64,000 nucleotides of DNA from Proteromonas lacertae (taxonomy: Eukaryota): positions 248,001 to 312,000 of the forward strand of contig NGBS01000002.1 in assembly GCA_002245135.1 (NCBI GenBank), given 5' to 3'. Positions 40,418-52,444 of this stretch are shown in pieces. The position numbers were made by a program, and so were the translations under genes. The notes below the pieces were generated by a model, which saw only the letters and a program-made list of their open reading frames with translations, searched no databases and was not told the origin of the DNA. Position 1 is the first letter of the stretch, and each line of letters begins with the position of its first letter.

Positions 40418-43400
40418 TAGAAAATGGATTGGATTACTTATTATAATATAGAACATGTTAGTCCAACTAGACAATATTTAATATCTTTATATTGGGCAAT
40501 AACAACGTATATATATAAATATATATAATTATTAATTTATAGAATGACAACTACTGGATTTGGTGATATTCATCAAACTAATGAATATGAAATTATTATT
40601 AGTTGCATTGCTATGATTGCTGGAGCTACAGGAATGGGTTATATTATAGGTAAAGTTACATTGATATTACAGGAATATAATATTACTGAGTATTTACAAA
40701 GAAGTAGAATTGAACTATTACAATCATATTGTGTATTATTAATAAACAATTATTTGTATTTATTTTATAGAGAGAAAAGAGATTAGATAAAATATTTATT
40801 AATCGTTTAGTAGATCAAGAGAGGTATAGTCAACATCATAGATCAGTAATTGATACAAAAGATATCTTAGAGAATATCAGCTAGAGATCATGTTGCAATT
40901 GTATTACTATATTTCATAACATAATACTGTTTATAGATGTATAAAATCAATAATGAAATGATTAAAAATATACCATTGTTGAAATGCTATAATAATTACA
41001 ATGCTGTAATAAAAATGGTTCATATTTTATATCCATTTTATGTTAATAAAGGTGAATGTCTTATTATTCAAGGTGAAATAGCAGCTCAAGTGTTTGTATT
41101 AGTGAATGGATTAGTATATATATTAATGTTATTTATTATATATTAGATTTACTGTGGTTTATTAGATAAATCAAATCATAAATCATATTCTCAAAATGTA
41201 GAAACAACAATTGTTGATATTATTCCTCCTGGTACTTTCTTTGGTCAAGATTCATTGAATGAAAATGATAAATTATATACTTATAATGTTATAAGTGATT
41301 CATTTTCAGAATTATATTTTGCTTATAATGCTGAGTTTTTACCATTATTCAATGAATATAGTTATTATAATGAGAATGTATTTAAAATAGAGAATATACT
41401 AAAACAAGAAATCAAAGAATATAAGTATATATTTATACATTATAATTAATTCTTTATTTAGAGAAGCAGTTTCAAGAGGAATATTAAAACCAAATAATGT
41501 TGTTACAAAACATTATAAAAAAGGAACTGATGAAGAAACAGCTCAACTAATTAAATATATAACAGTATAATATCTCTCACTAATAAACTATAATAATGTT
41601 AGAAACATTATACTTATTCATCATCAGATAAAAATATTCCACTAATTATTGATAATCATGTATTTCATCCATTTAGTCAAGTCAAGTTTATTTGGGATTG
41701 TATTGTAACAGTAATGATTGTTTGTAGTTGTATCATTATACCAATTGAATTCTGTTTTGATATTGATATACCCTTACTTTTTACTATTTTTGATTCGTTT
41801 ATTGTTCCAATTCTGTTCTTTATTGATATGATTGTAAATTTCAATACAGGTATATATATATAATATACAATTATTAATTATAGCTTATATTGATGCATAT
41901 GCAATGTATGTAACAAATCGAAAGAAAATAGCTAAGAGATATTTAAAGTTCTATTTTTGGATTGATTTTATCAGTGCATTTCCATTTCATACAATTTTTA
42001 ACGGAATTAAAAGTGATCTATTGAAATTCACAACATTATTCAAAGCTTTACGATTAATTAGATTTGTAAGAATAGTCAAGTTAATAGGAAAGAAAATAAC
42101 ATTTGGATGTGATCCAATAGCAACAAGACTTATTAAGATATTCTTTATATTATTATTCTTTTTACATTTATTAACATGTGTTTGGTATGCAACTGGTAAT
42201 TATGGAAATAAAAATGACAGTTGGATTAAAGAAACTTGTTTTATTGAATCAATAAATAGTCCAAATTGTACATCACTTGAAGATATGCCATTTGGCTTTC
42301 ATTATTTAGTATCTTTCTACTTTGTATTGACAATGTCAATAACAGTTGGCTATGGTGATATATCTGCCTCAATCAGTAGTATTGAAGAATTATCAATATG
42401 TATTATATTAATGATATTTGGTACTGCAATGTACAGTTATTTTGTTGGTGCAATTACAAGTTCTATTACTAACTTATATCCTGATGAACAAGCTAAAAAT
42501 GAGAATAGAAGATTAGTGAATGGATTTATTGACGTATTTTATTTATTATTTGTATATTTATTATTTTTTAATAGGAGAATAATCTAAGTACAAAGGTTAG
42601 AAATAGATTAAATAATCTATCAGCATTTGCTCTTGAAATTAATAGTAGTTTTGATACAGAAGAACTATTTGTAACTTATCCAAATATGTTGAAAAGAGAA
42701 GTATTTCACAAAGTATATTTTTTATTTAAATAAATAATATATAGACAACTATTGGTTATTTAACTCCATTTACACTATTAATCGATTTAGAAGAAAAATA
42801 TCCAGGCTTCTTCAGTTACATTTGGCCATTATTCCACTGTTATCAGTTAAAACCAGCAGAGTATTTATACAGGCTTGGTGAAGATTTGAATGATTTATAC
42901 TTCATCTATCATGGTGAATTAATTATCAAATATAATGATGAATACTATAAATCATATTCTACTAATGTTTCCGTTGGTAGTATTTTAGGTGAAATTACGT
43001 TCTTATTACCTGTTGATGCATATATTATTAATTGTAGTGAATGTTCAGCAACAATAACATCACAAATATTATCTTTAAGAAGAGAAGATTTTGGATATAT
43101 TGAAAGTATTTCTTCATCATTGTATTATGAAATGAAATCATCTTTATTGTTGAATTATACAGTAAGACAACCTGTATTTATTGATGAAAAGTATAGAAAG
43201 GAAGTTGTTGAGAAATATCAGTTAGATATATCTACAAAATAGTATTCGTTATTTTTTATTGTTTTTATATTAATAGTCCACCTAGACCTAATCATGAAAG
43301 TTTGTTTGATATATCATTAGAAGCAAATGAAGAATATGTTGTGGATTATCAAAAGATAGAAATACCTGAGTATGTCAGTGGTAGTATGAATGAAGATGAT

Positions 43401-43568
43401 GATGCCAGACAATCCAAACTATTTGAAATTGTTGAAGAAAATAGAAAATTGTTAAGGAAATCATTAAATCAGTTTGAAACAAATATAAAAGTAATATCTA
43501 AAACAGATAAACCTATCAAAGATGAAGATATTGTTCTAAGCATAAAACAAGATGAAGATGCAAAATAA
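39448..43568 (+). CDS. Two-repeat voltage-gated K+ channel with cyclic-nucleotide-binding-type domains
   Basis: Two sets of S1-S6 with Arg/Lys-rich S4, pores TTTGFGD and ITVGYGD, each followed by a CNBD-like region; in-frame spliced linker. Confidence 0.85.
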
Positions 43569-43710
43569 TCAAAGTAAATTATGTATTATTATAACAAATT
43601 ATTTATAATCATTTTATTGAAGTATTGTTTAGACGTTAATATCATTTCTATCTCAATATATTCTATTATGAAATATTAATTCGTTTCTTTTTCTATCAAA
43701 CAAGTTTGAG

Positions 43711-44844
43711 ATGCAAAAATTAGTTTCTGCATCACTGAGAGGGTTAGTGAGATATTCAAATCGTTCTCATTTTTTACCAGTTAGAAATATTGCATATACT
43801 ACTCCAACAATTCAAAATATATATAATCAACGTTTTTTCTTGTCAACAGAAGTCAAAGCTGATGAGAAGGATGTAAAAAATCAAGCAAAGTCTTCAAAAG
43901 ATAATGAAAAGAAACCAAAGCAAAATCAAGAAAAACAACAAGATCATAAGAAAGGACAAAAACCTGATCAAAATAAAAATCAGAAAAACGATCAACATAA
44001 AGATAAAAAGCAAGAACATCCAAAAGATCAAAAGAAAGTCCAAAATCCAAAACAAGAAACAAATCAAAAGGTAATAAAGAAGATTCCCAAAGTAAAGAAC
44101 ATTCCAGAGGTAAAAGTAGGTAATAAAGTAATAAAAGGAGAAGCTGCTGAAATACGTCAAAAAGTAGAAGAAGCTAGAAAGACAGTAAAAAATGAAAGAG
44201 AAAAGATAGTAGAACAACATAAAGAAGAAGCTGAAAAACTCAAAACTCAACCTCCCAATATAATCAAAGACTCAGTATGTTATATATATTATTGTTTATT
44301 ATTATTTGAATAGGGTTTAAAAGTAGATAAATTAGGCAAACAATCCTATCCACAAAGTGTTTTAGAAATATCTTTTTATTTTTAAACAATATATGATTTT
44401 TCTTTAATTCTTATTGGTTTTTACATAGTAGAAAAGATCAGTGCATTAAATATGGTAGAAGTAAAGTTATTAGTGGATTGCTGGAGTGAGAAATTCAATG
44501 TTCCCAATGCATTTAGTAATCCAGCAGCTATGGGTATGATGTTTGGTGGAGGTGGATTAAATAATGCTTCAGCAGCAGCTAATCCAGCAGGAGGAGCAGA
44601 TGAGAAGAAAGAAAAGCCAAAAGAAGAGAAAACATCTTTTAAAGTGGTGTTAAAAGCATTCCCAGCTGCTAGTAAGATTAAGGTGATTAAGGAAGTAAGA
44701 ACAATTTTGGGATTAGGTTTGAGAGAGAGTAAGACGTTGGTTGAAAGTGCTCCTGCTACATTGAAGGATAATTTGAATAAACAAGAGGCTGAAGATATGG
44801 TGAAGAAGATTAAGGAAGCTGGTGCTGATGTTGTAATGGAATAA
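43711..44844 (+). CDS. MRPL12: Mitochondrial ribosomal protein bL12 (L7/L12); exons 43711-44274, 44314-44367, 44425-44844
   Basis: Presequence-like N-terminus; YPQSVLEIVEKISALNMVEV; KIKVIKEVR..LGLGLRESKTLVESAP. Confidence 0.92.
44368..44424 (+). other. U12-type AT-AC intron (57 nt)
   Basis: ATATCTTTT...TTCTTTAAT...TTTTAC; contains an in-frame TAA; removal restores the L12 N-domain. Confidence 0.85.
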
Positions 44845-45082
44845 TTAATAATTATTTCTGTTATTGTTGATTTTATTAACTAAATTTAAAATAATTAACA
44901 TAAAAATGAATAGAATAGAGTATCTTTATTTTCTTTGATTGATTCATTTCTCTTATTCCAATTCCACCATAGATATTGCTATACTATACTTTAATTATTA
45001 CTTTGAATTCAATAAAATGATTGTACACAAAGCAGTTGATGAGTTATTTAAGGATGATTTATTGACGGTCAATTACGGTCAG

Positions 45083-47098
45083 ATGGCTTTAGTTACGTTT
45101 ATATTATTATTGGGAGTGAGTCTAGCAGCCTGTCCTAACGGATGCAGCTCACATGGAACATGCAATATAGATGGAAGCTGTACCTGCTTTCGTCAGACAG
45201 GACTAGCATTAAATGGTGCTTACTTTGACGACTTTTCATGGACTGGACCTGATTGTTCTTTAAGTATGATCTATACGATTTATTAATATGATAGAAACAT
45301 GCCCTAAGGATTTTTCTTTCGCACCTTCCGAAAATATTGATGAGTGGTATACAAACAATGATGCTGTTGAAATGGAAATTACTGGTAGTAAAGGATGTAA
45401 GGCTGATAATAATTGTATAAATACAGTTCCACATAAAGATTATGTTCTTAAGTTAACAACAGATGTAGTTGACCCAGCATTTTCTGATTATGGTATTGGT
45501 GGTTCAATTACATGTTATAAACAAACTCATAGAAGATTGTATTATGGATCATTTACTGTATTAAAGACAGGTGAAGATGATGATGGAAAGTATTTATATG
45601 CTGTACAAGATATTCATGCAGGTGATGATGAAGTTACAACTAAACCATTATATTGTTATGCAGATTATGTGAGAAAAGATTTATCATTATTCATTCAATT
45701 TGGATTTACAAAAGGAACAGGTAATAATCAATATGAAGTAACATTACAAAGTGATGTATCAACATTATTAAGAGGTTATATTGGTGAACGTGCAGTTATT
45801 GATTTAAAGAGTGATCCATTACATGTTGTATGTGTAAATGGAAGAGTATCTACTGGAAGTAAAAGTAATCTATTCTCACTATATGAATTTAATGCAACTA
45901 TGAAGACTGTTGATTGTAAAGCAGGACCAACAGCTTTAACTACTACACCATATGGTGGTTGTATTCAATTAACTACTCCTGAAAAATCTCAATATAATAT
46001 TGGTGATAAATGTTTCTTATTAGAATCAGGAATATCCACAGATAATATTCATAGAAATATTAAATTAGAAAGTAGTGAATTATATCATATGACTGGTGTT
46101 GATAAAGGTAATATCTATTTCGGTAGAAAACTAATAGGATCAGCCATTGGTTATTATGTTCCAAGTGATACTCAATTTGAAAATAAACCATATACAGGAA
46201 CTGATCCTACTGCAAATTTCCCAACTATGACAGGTTTAGAGACAGAAGATCCAACATTTGTAAATGAACCAGAAACAAATGGATCACTTCAAGTAACAAT
46301 TGATTTTAGATATTACTGTGGAGGTGTTAATTGTAGCAAATATACTCAAGATTGGAGTATTAAAAGTGTAGGAGAATTCTTCCAATATATTACACCTGGT
46401 GCTCATGTTAATGTTATTAGATTATTGACTACAAGAGAAACTGAAGATCATCAATATGAACCTGATCATGCCTGTTATGCTCATTTCATTCAATTGACTA
46501 TTGCTGCTGTTAATAATTTAGATTCAAAGAATGGTAGAGTTACATTGACATTCAATCGTCCATATAAGTTTGCTGAAAGATCAACTAATAATCATTATGC
46601 ATATTTATTCCAATTCAATGCTGTTGGTCCACATACTGCTGTAGAATGCAGTAATCAAGGTAAATGTAATAGAGCAACTGGTAAATGTGAATGTTTTGAT
46701 GGATTTGAAGGTGATTCTTGTCAAAGAAGTATGTTATTATTATTATTATTATTTATATAGTGCAATGTCCAAATAGTTGTAGTCAACATGGAAGATGTTT
46801 AGCAATCAATGAATTAGTAACTGGTGAAACTGCTGAGTCATTAAGTGAACCAATGTTTGGTGATGTTAGATCTGAAAAATTATATGGTTGTAAATGTGAT
46901 AAAAACTACAGAGGTGCTGATTGCTCATTAAGAGAATGTCCATCAGGTAAAGATCCAATCGGTGCAGTGAATAAAGAAGGAGATAGTGGAGAATATAGAG
47001 ATTGCAGTGGAAGAGGTAGTTGTGATTATACAACTGGTAAGTGTACATGTTATGATGGATTTACAGGAAGTGATTGTAGCACACTTATAACCATGTAA
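45083..47098 (+). CDS. Secreted EGF-like repeat protein (tenascin-like / stramenopile mastigoneme Sig1-like)
   Basis: Signal peptide, CPNGCSSHGTC, WTGPDCSL..CP, ECSNQGKCNRATGKCECFDGFEGDSCQR, CPSGKDP; start could be 45017. Confidence 0.75.
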
Positions 47099-47247
47099 TT
47101 CTTAATTAATACTAATTATTATTCATATTCAATTATTATTTGAAAAAAAATATTCATTATGTTGTTATTTTAGAGACTTATTACAAAACAAAGAATGAAA
47201 AATTAAAAAATTGATATAATTAACATGTATTTGAAAAAACTCAAAAA

Positions 47248-49475
47248 TCATCCTATAGAAATCCTCTTTATACTCGGTGGATTGACTTGTTTAGGAGATT
47301 CTTCATCTCTTTGTCTCTTCTTCGATGTTTCACTGTAAATATACTTACTTTGAAACTCTTGATAAACATGTGGAATTGATTGTAATTCATTACTATAATT
47401 ATCAATTAGAGAGTTTATAATGTCAGTGAGATTGTTATGAATAATAAAATTAAATAAATCTAACACTGAACTGCAAATTAAATTACACTCTCTATTGTTA
47501 TCCACATACAACTGACAGATATATTTCATAATATTATTATCTTTCATAATATTATCAATATATATTGTTTCTTTTGAGACAAGTAGATTCTTTATTAATT
47601 GAAGAATTGCTATTGATGTTTCTGTGTTTTTCTTTGGTATACTAATTATTTTACTTAAAATATCATTTAAAGGAAGATAATATGTCATTTGTGTTGAATT
47701 ATTGAATGTGAAATGTGATAGTAGTTTTATATAAAAAAGCAATGACATTTCTTTCAAAGGACAAATGTCATAATACTTACTTTGTACAATTGGTAGTGAT
47801 AAATAGTTAATATAATCACTATAAAATAACTGAATAAACAATGAATGAACTTCAGAATCTTCTAGAAGGAATAAATGTGTAATTTCTTTGATGATAATGT
47901 AACAATATTCTTTAATTTCTAATTCTTTACTCATCCAAAATGACTTTATAATATCATATAAAAATGATTTATAAGGTGGTTTTGGAAATGATGTAGGAAA
48001 CGGATTAATATTCGGTATAATTGGACAAGATAATGGAACAATAGATGGAACTAACTTTAACTTCACTGAAGAACTTACACCAATAAAATAAGAAACAATA
48101 GACAATATCAATTGCTTTCTTTTAACAGTGGATGGTTTAACGATGTATAAATTATGTAATAAATCAAAGAATGATGGAATTTGGTTTAATATTGTCCTTA
48201 CAAATTCACATCTATAATAAATACATTCTCTATATCTTGATAAAATGAATAACTGATTAATAAAGTTCAAACAATTCATTATATTTTGTGAGACTGTAGA
48301 TTCTTCTAATGCATTTCGACTATATATAATATATAATATAATATATATAAATATATATACATTGTTTCAATATAAGATTTAGTAGTATAAATTGAAACAA
48401 CAATTACGTTAATATTATTCTTATATAATCTATTAATCTCTGAATATTTCTCATCAAATGGTATTGTTGGTAAAATAATGTCTAAAAAGTATTGAATATG
48501 ATATGTTTGATGTATTATATTCAATAAGCTTTCATCTGCATTGATAAATGGAATATATTTGGCTTGACTGTTTAAATATTCTCTATAGTTCTGTTTTACT
48601 GGATTTGATGGATTATCTATTTATTATAATTAATAAGAAATTATATACATTCCAATATTCCAACAAATAAGAAATATATATCCCTACTGAATAATAATGT
48701 TATGATCTGTTGATTATTGAAGAAAACTATTGAATATATAAACATTAGTAAAATATACATATGATTTTCATTATTTTTGCCAATACTTTCAAATGTTCTA
48801 CATCTTTACTCTGTTCTAACGGTTCTAATAGATTAATTAACAACCGGAGATATCTTCCATTCTATAAATATAATATCAATATGAATAATACCTCATCAAT
48901 TAACAAATCAAGAACAAATTGCTTAGAATGTTCTGGAATACAACATAAAATACCATATATAGTAGATAATGTCTCAGGATGTGGATCTGGAATAGCAAAT
49001 CCATCATCATCTTCATCTTCTATCTCTAATGAGTTTAGATTAGGATAGTTACATCTACAACCATTTCTAAGTTGAAATCTAGAGAATATAGATACTATTT
49101 TATATACAATATCAAGTCGCGAAAGCTTTCCTTTTTAAAACTTAAAGAATAGGTGTGATTAGTCGAGATATCTGTCCAAGTTAGGGTGGAATTTTCTAAA
49201 TGGATTATATTATACAATATATACTAGTTTCAATCTCAGCAGATGTTTCAACCACTATGTGACTAATACAAGATGATTGAGCTTGGAGCAGCGTTTTCTC
49301 TGCATTATCATAATCTTTTACCGTTAGAAGTGTTGAATTCTTATTCTAAATATTATAATCAAAATAATACAGGAGCAATCTCACATGAAACTAAACCAAC
49401 ACCTTCTTTAACCCACTCTTGATTATCTTGCATGTATAGACATGCAATATTATCCAAATTTACATTAGACGACAT
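47248..49475 (-). CDS. Serine/threonine phosphatase 4 regulatory subunit 3 (SMEK/Psy2)-like
   Basis: EVH1-like N-terminus (EWVKEGVGLV, LTWTD), HIIQYFLDIIL-like segment (TYHIQYFLDIILP), NLICSSVLDLFNFI. Confidence 0.75.
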
Positions 49476-49818
49476 GAAGGGCAAAAGTGTTACTTTGAAA
49501 TATCTAATGTAAAATAAATATTCTTTAAGCTTTATTAATATGGTAAATAATAATATGATAAACTAACTCTATTCTAATTGATGAAAAATAATGTAATTAG
49601 GGGTGTCAAAAATTCATTCATGTGCATTTTTTAAATTCAAGATGTTCCACGTGTTGCATTATACATGCAATATAATAATCGGACACAAATTAGGTATAGT
49701 TTCATTAGTATAAACTAAAAAACACATTTTCTTCTAATCTGATCAATTAAAAATTGAGATACGAAATAAAACTACCCATTTCAAACAAAATATGTATAAA
49801 CAAACAAAAAGAATTTTA

Positions 49819-51627
49819 CTAATGTTTACCATATTTTGTTTTAAACGAATAACCTTCATCAACCATCTTATCAATTAAGCTCTGTTTATATTCACGAATT
49901 GAACCTTTCCATTTTGTTATTGTTCTATTATCACATATCCAAATCTCTTCAGCTACTTGATCAATAAGTCTAAAATCGTGAGATACTAAAATAACACCTC
50001 CATTAAACTCATTAATAGCTTCAGCCAATGAATCAATACATTCCATATCTAAATGGTTTGTAGGTTCATCTAATAACAAGATATTTGGATTTCTAGTTGC
50101 CATTAAAGCAAAAATAACTCTACTTTTTAAACCATCAGATAAAATTCCAATTGGTTGTACTTGTTGTTGACCAGTTATACCAAATCGACCAATCACACTT
50201 CTCCATCGTTCAATATCAGATCCTTTCTCAGGGAATGTCTGCATCATGAATTCAAGTGGTGATAAATCAGGTGGTAAAATATCATTAGAATGTTGCCAAT
50301 ATCTTTCCATTCTAATATGAGTATGTCTTCGAATAGTACCATCTAATGGAGTTAATTCACCAACCATTAGTTTAAGTAATGTACTCTTACCAGCACCATT
50401 TGGACCGACTAATGCAATTCTACTATCACAATCAACACCTAAGTCTAAATGTTCATATAAAGTATGTTCATCTATTTTACCAGTGTATGAAAAACTAACA
50501 TCAGTAAAGGCTAATACTGGAGGTGGTAATTTCTCACAATCTGGGAATTTAAATGACCATCTTTGACTTTTAGTTACTCTTTCAGTTAATCCATTATCTA
50601 CCATCTTATCGATCAATTTCTGTCGACTTTTGGCTTGTCTAACCAAGTTACTGAATGTACCACAACTGGCTATGAATTCTTTCATGTGTTTGATATCAGC
50701 TTGTTCTTTTTCATATTGTCTTTGTTGATTTGTTTCATTTTCTGATTTTGTCTTTATAAATGTGTCATAATTACCTGTATAAGTGGTTAAACCTTTCTTT
50801 TCAGTTAAATGCATAATATGTGTACAAACTCCGTTTAAGAAATCTTGAGAATGACTTACTACGACCATACAATATTCATAAGTACTTAAATAGTCTTCAA
50901 GCCATACACAAGCTTCTAAATCTAAATGATTTGTTGGTTCATCTAATAGTAGCAAAGTTGGTTTTACAAATAACGCTTGGGCTAATGATACTCTCATTCT
51001 CCAACCACCACTAAGATCTTTAGTCTTCTTTGACATCATTTCTTTTGAGAATCCTAAACCATGAAGTAACATACCTGCTCTAGCTTCTGCATCTGGTATT
51101 TCTAACTCTTCTAATCTACTAAATATTGTTTCTAATGCTTCACATTCTGGACCATCTTCTTCTATTAATTTTGCTTGTAACTCATCCAATCTCTCTATTT
51201 CTTTCTTTACTTTTTCTAATACAGCTTCTATTGCAGTTAATTCTGAAGGAGGATATTCTTGTTCTAATAAATAAATATCTATATTTTCTGGAATTGGTAC
51301 TTCACGGGCTGCTAATACTTTTAAAAAGGTTGATTTACCACTTCCATTTGAACCTATCAAACCATAACGTCGACCTATTGTAAACTCAATTAATGTATCT
51401 TGGAAAAGTTCTTTACCGTGTAAAGAAAGAGAAAAACCTCCAATTTTAACATCTTTTGCAGTAGGTTTGGACATTAAAACACCAGTAACAGAAATACCAT
51501 TCAATACAGATGCAGAATTATCTTCTACTGGAGTAACGGGTGTTACAGGAGTTGCATCTTCAGATGCTGATTCTTTTGGGGTAGTTGATGCTGATGCTAT
51601 TTTCTTTGCTTTTTTACCTCTTGCCAT
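49819..51627 (-). CDS. ABCF2: ABC-F family ATPase ABCF2/Arb1
   Basis: Two NBDs (GSNGSGKS, LSGGWRMR, LLLDEPTNHLD; GPNGAGKS, LSDGLKSR), no transmembrane segments; intronless. Confidence 0.95.
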   Translation of the reverse strand: MARGKKAKKIASASTTPKESASEDATPVTPVTPVEDNSASVLNGISVTGVLMSKPTAKDVKIGGFSLSLHGKELFQDTLIEFTIGRRYGLIGSNGSGKSTFLKVLAAREVPIPENIDIYLLEQEYPPSELTAIEAVLEKVKKEIERLDELQAKLIEEDGPECEALETIFSRLEELEIPDAEARAGMLLHGLGFSKEMMSKKTKDLSGGWRMRVSLAQALFVKPTLLLLDEPTNHLDLEACVWLEDYLSTYEYCMVVVSHSQDFLNGVCTHIMHLTEKKGLTTYTGNYDTFIKTKSENETNQQRQYEKEQADIKHMKEFIASCGTFSNLVRQAKSRQKLIDKMVDNGLTERVTKSQRWSFKFPDCEKLPPPVLAFTDVSFSYTGKIDEHTLYEHLDLGVDCDSRIALVGPNGAGKSTLLKLMVGELTPLDGTIRRHTHIRMERYWQHSNDILPPDLSPLEFMMQTFPEKGSDIERWRSVIGRFGITGQQQVQPIGILSDGLKSRVIFALMATRNPNILLLDEPTNHLDMECIDSLAEAINEFNGGVILVSHDFRLIDQVAEEIWICDNRTITKWKGSIREYKQSLIDKMVDEGYSFKTKYGKH

Positions 51628-51776
51628 AATGACAAATTCAAGTTAAAAAATCATGTCAAAACGACTCTATTTTTAAGTAATTAAAGTAATTTTGACATTA
51701 TAAATTACTTTATTTTTAAAAGTTAGTTTATATATTATTTAGTATATAATCTTACTTTCAACGTATTTATTACATA

Positions 51777-52296
51777 ATGTCAGATAAAGAAGAAGCATCA
51801 GAAGAAGATATTACTGATGCTGATTATTACTTACCAGTTGCAAACGTCTCTAGAATCATGAAAACAAGACTACCATCACAAGGAAAAGTTGCAAAAGAAG
51901 CAAAAGAGGCAGTTCAAGAGTGTGTTTCTGAATTTATATGTTTTATTACTAGTGAATATCCTTTAATATATACATATGCTAGATTTATTTTTTCTTAACC
52001 GCATTTACAGCTAATGATCGTTGTGTTCAAGAAAAACGAAAAACTATAAATGGCGATGATATACTATGGGCAATGACAAATTTAGGGTTTGACAGATACA
52101 TAGAACCACTAAAAATATACTTACAGAAATATAGAGAAGTATATAATCATTTTTAATATTTTATAATAATTAGACACTTAAACCAGATAGAGGACAAAGA
52201 AGAATAGAACCAATGATTAATGAATACCCAATGGATCCTTTAGAAATGAGTAATTATTCCCAAAATTATCAAGATATATCTCGTCCTCCACCTTAG
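51777..52296 (+). CDS. NFYB: Nuclear transcription factor Y subunit B; exons 51777-51955, 52009-52138, 52174-52296
   Basis: [52 protein letters not shown]. Confidence 0.95.
51956..52008 (+). other. U12-type AT-AC intron (53 nt)
   Basis: Canonical ATATCCTTT donor, TTCTTAAC branch site, ends CATTTAC; removal restores the histone-fold sequence. Confidence 0.95.
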
Positions 52297-52444
52297 TATA
52301 ATTTTTAAAATGATTTAATTCACTTTTGAACTAATATTAAAGTAATATTTTCTTTGTATACAGTTTTTTTTTGTTTTTTGTTTATTGACAACTTGATCTA
52401 TCAAGCTTATTTTAAGTTTTTTTGTTTTTGCTTAATTTATCGTA

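Noticed and set aside
43853..44250. Antisense ORFs (also 801..1058, 16792..17502, 29786..30037, 50820..51383, 52849..53088, 56794..57153, 60001..60339)
   Set aside because: Shadow frames of real genes with low-complexity translations
45023..45082. TGATGA (box C-like) in a possible in-frame intron/leader of the EGF gene
   Set aside because: No matching CTGA box D or terminal stem, so a snoRNA is unsupported
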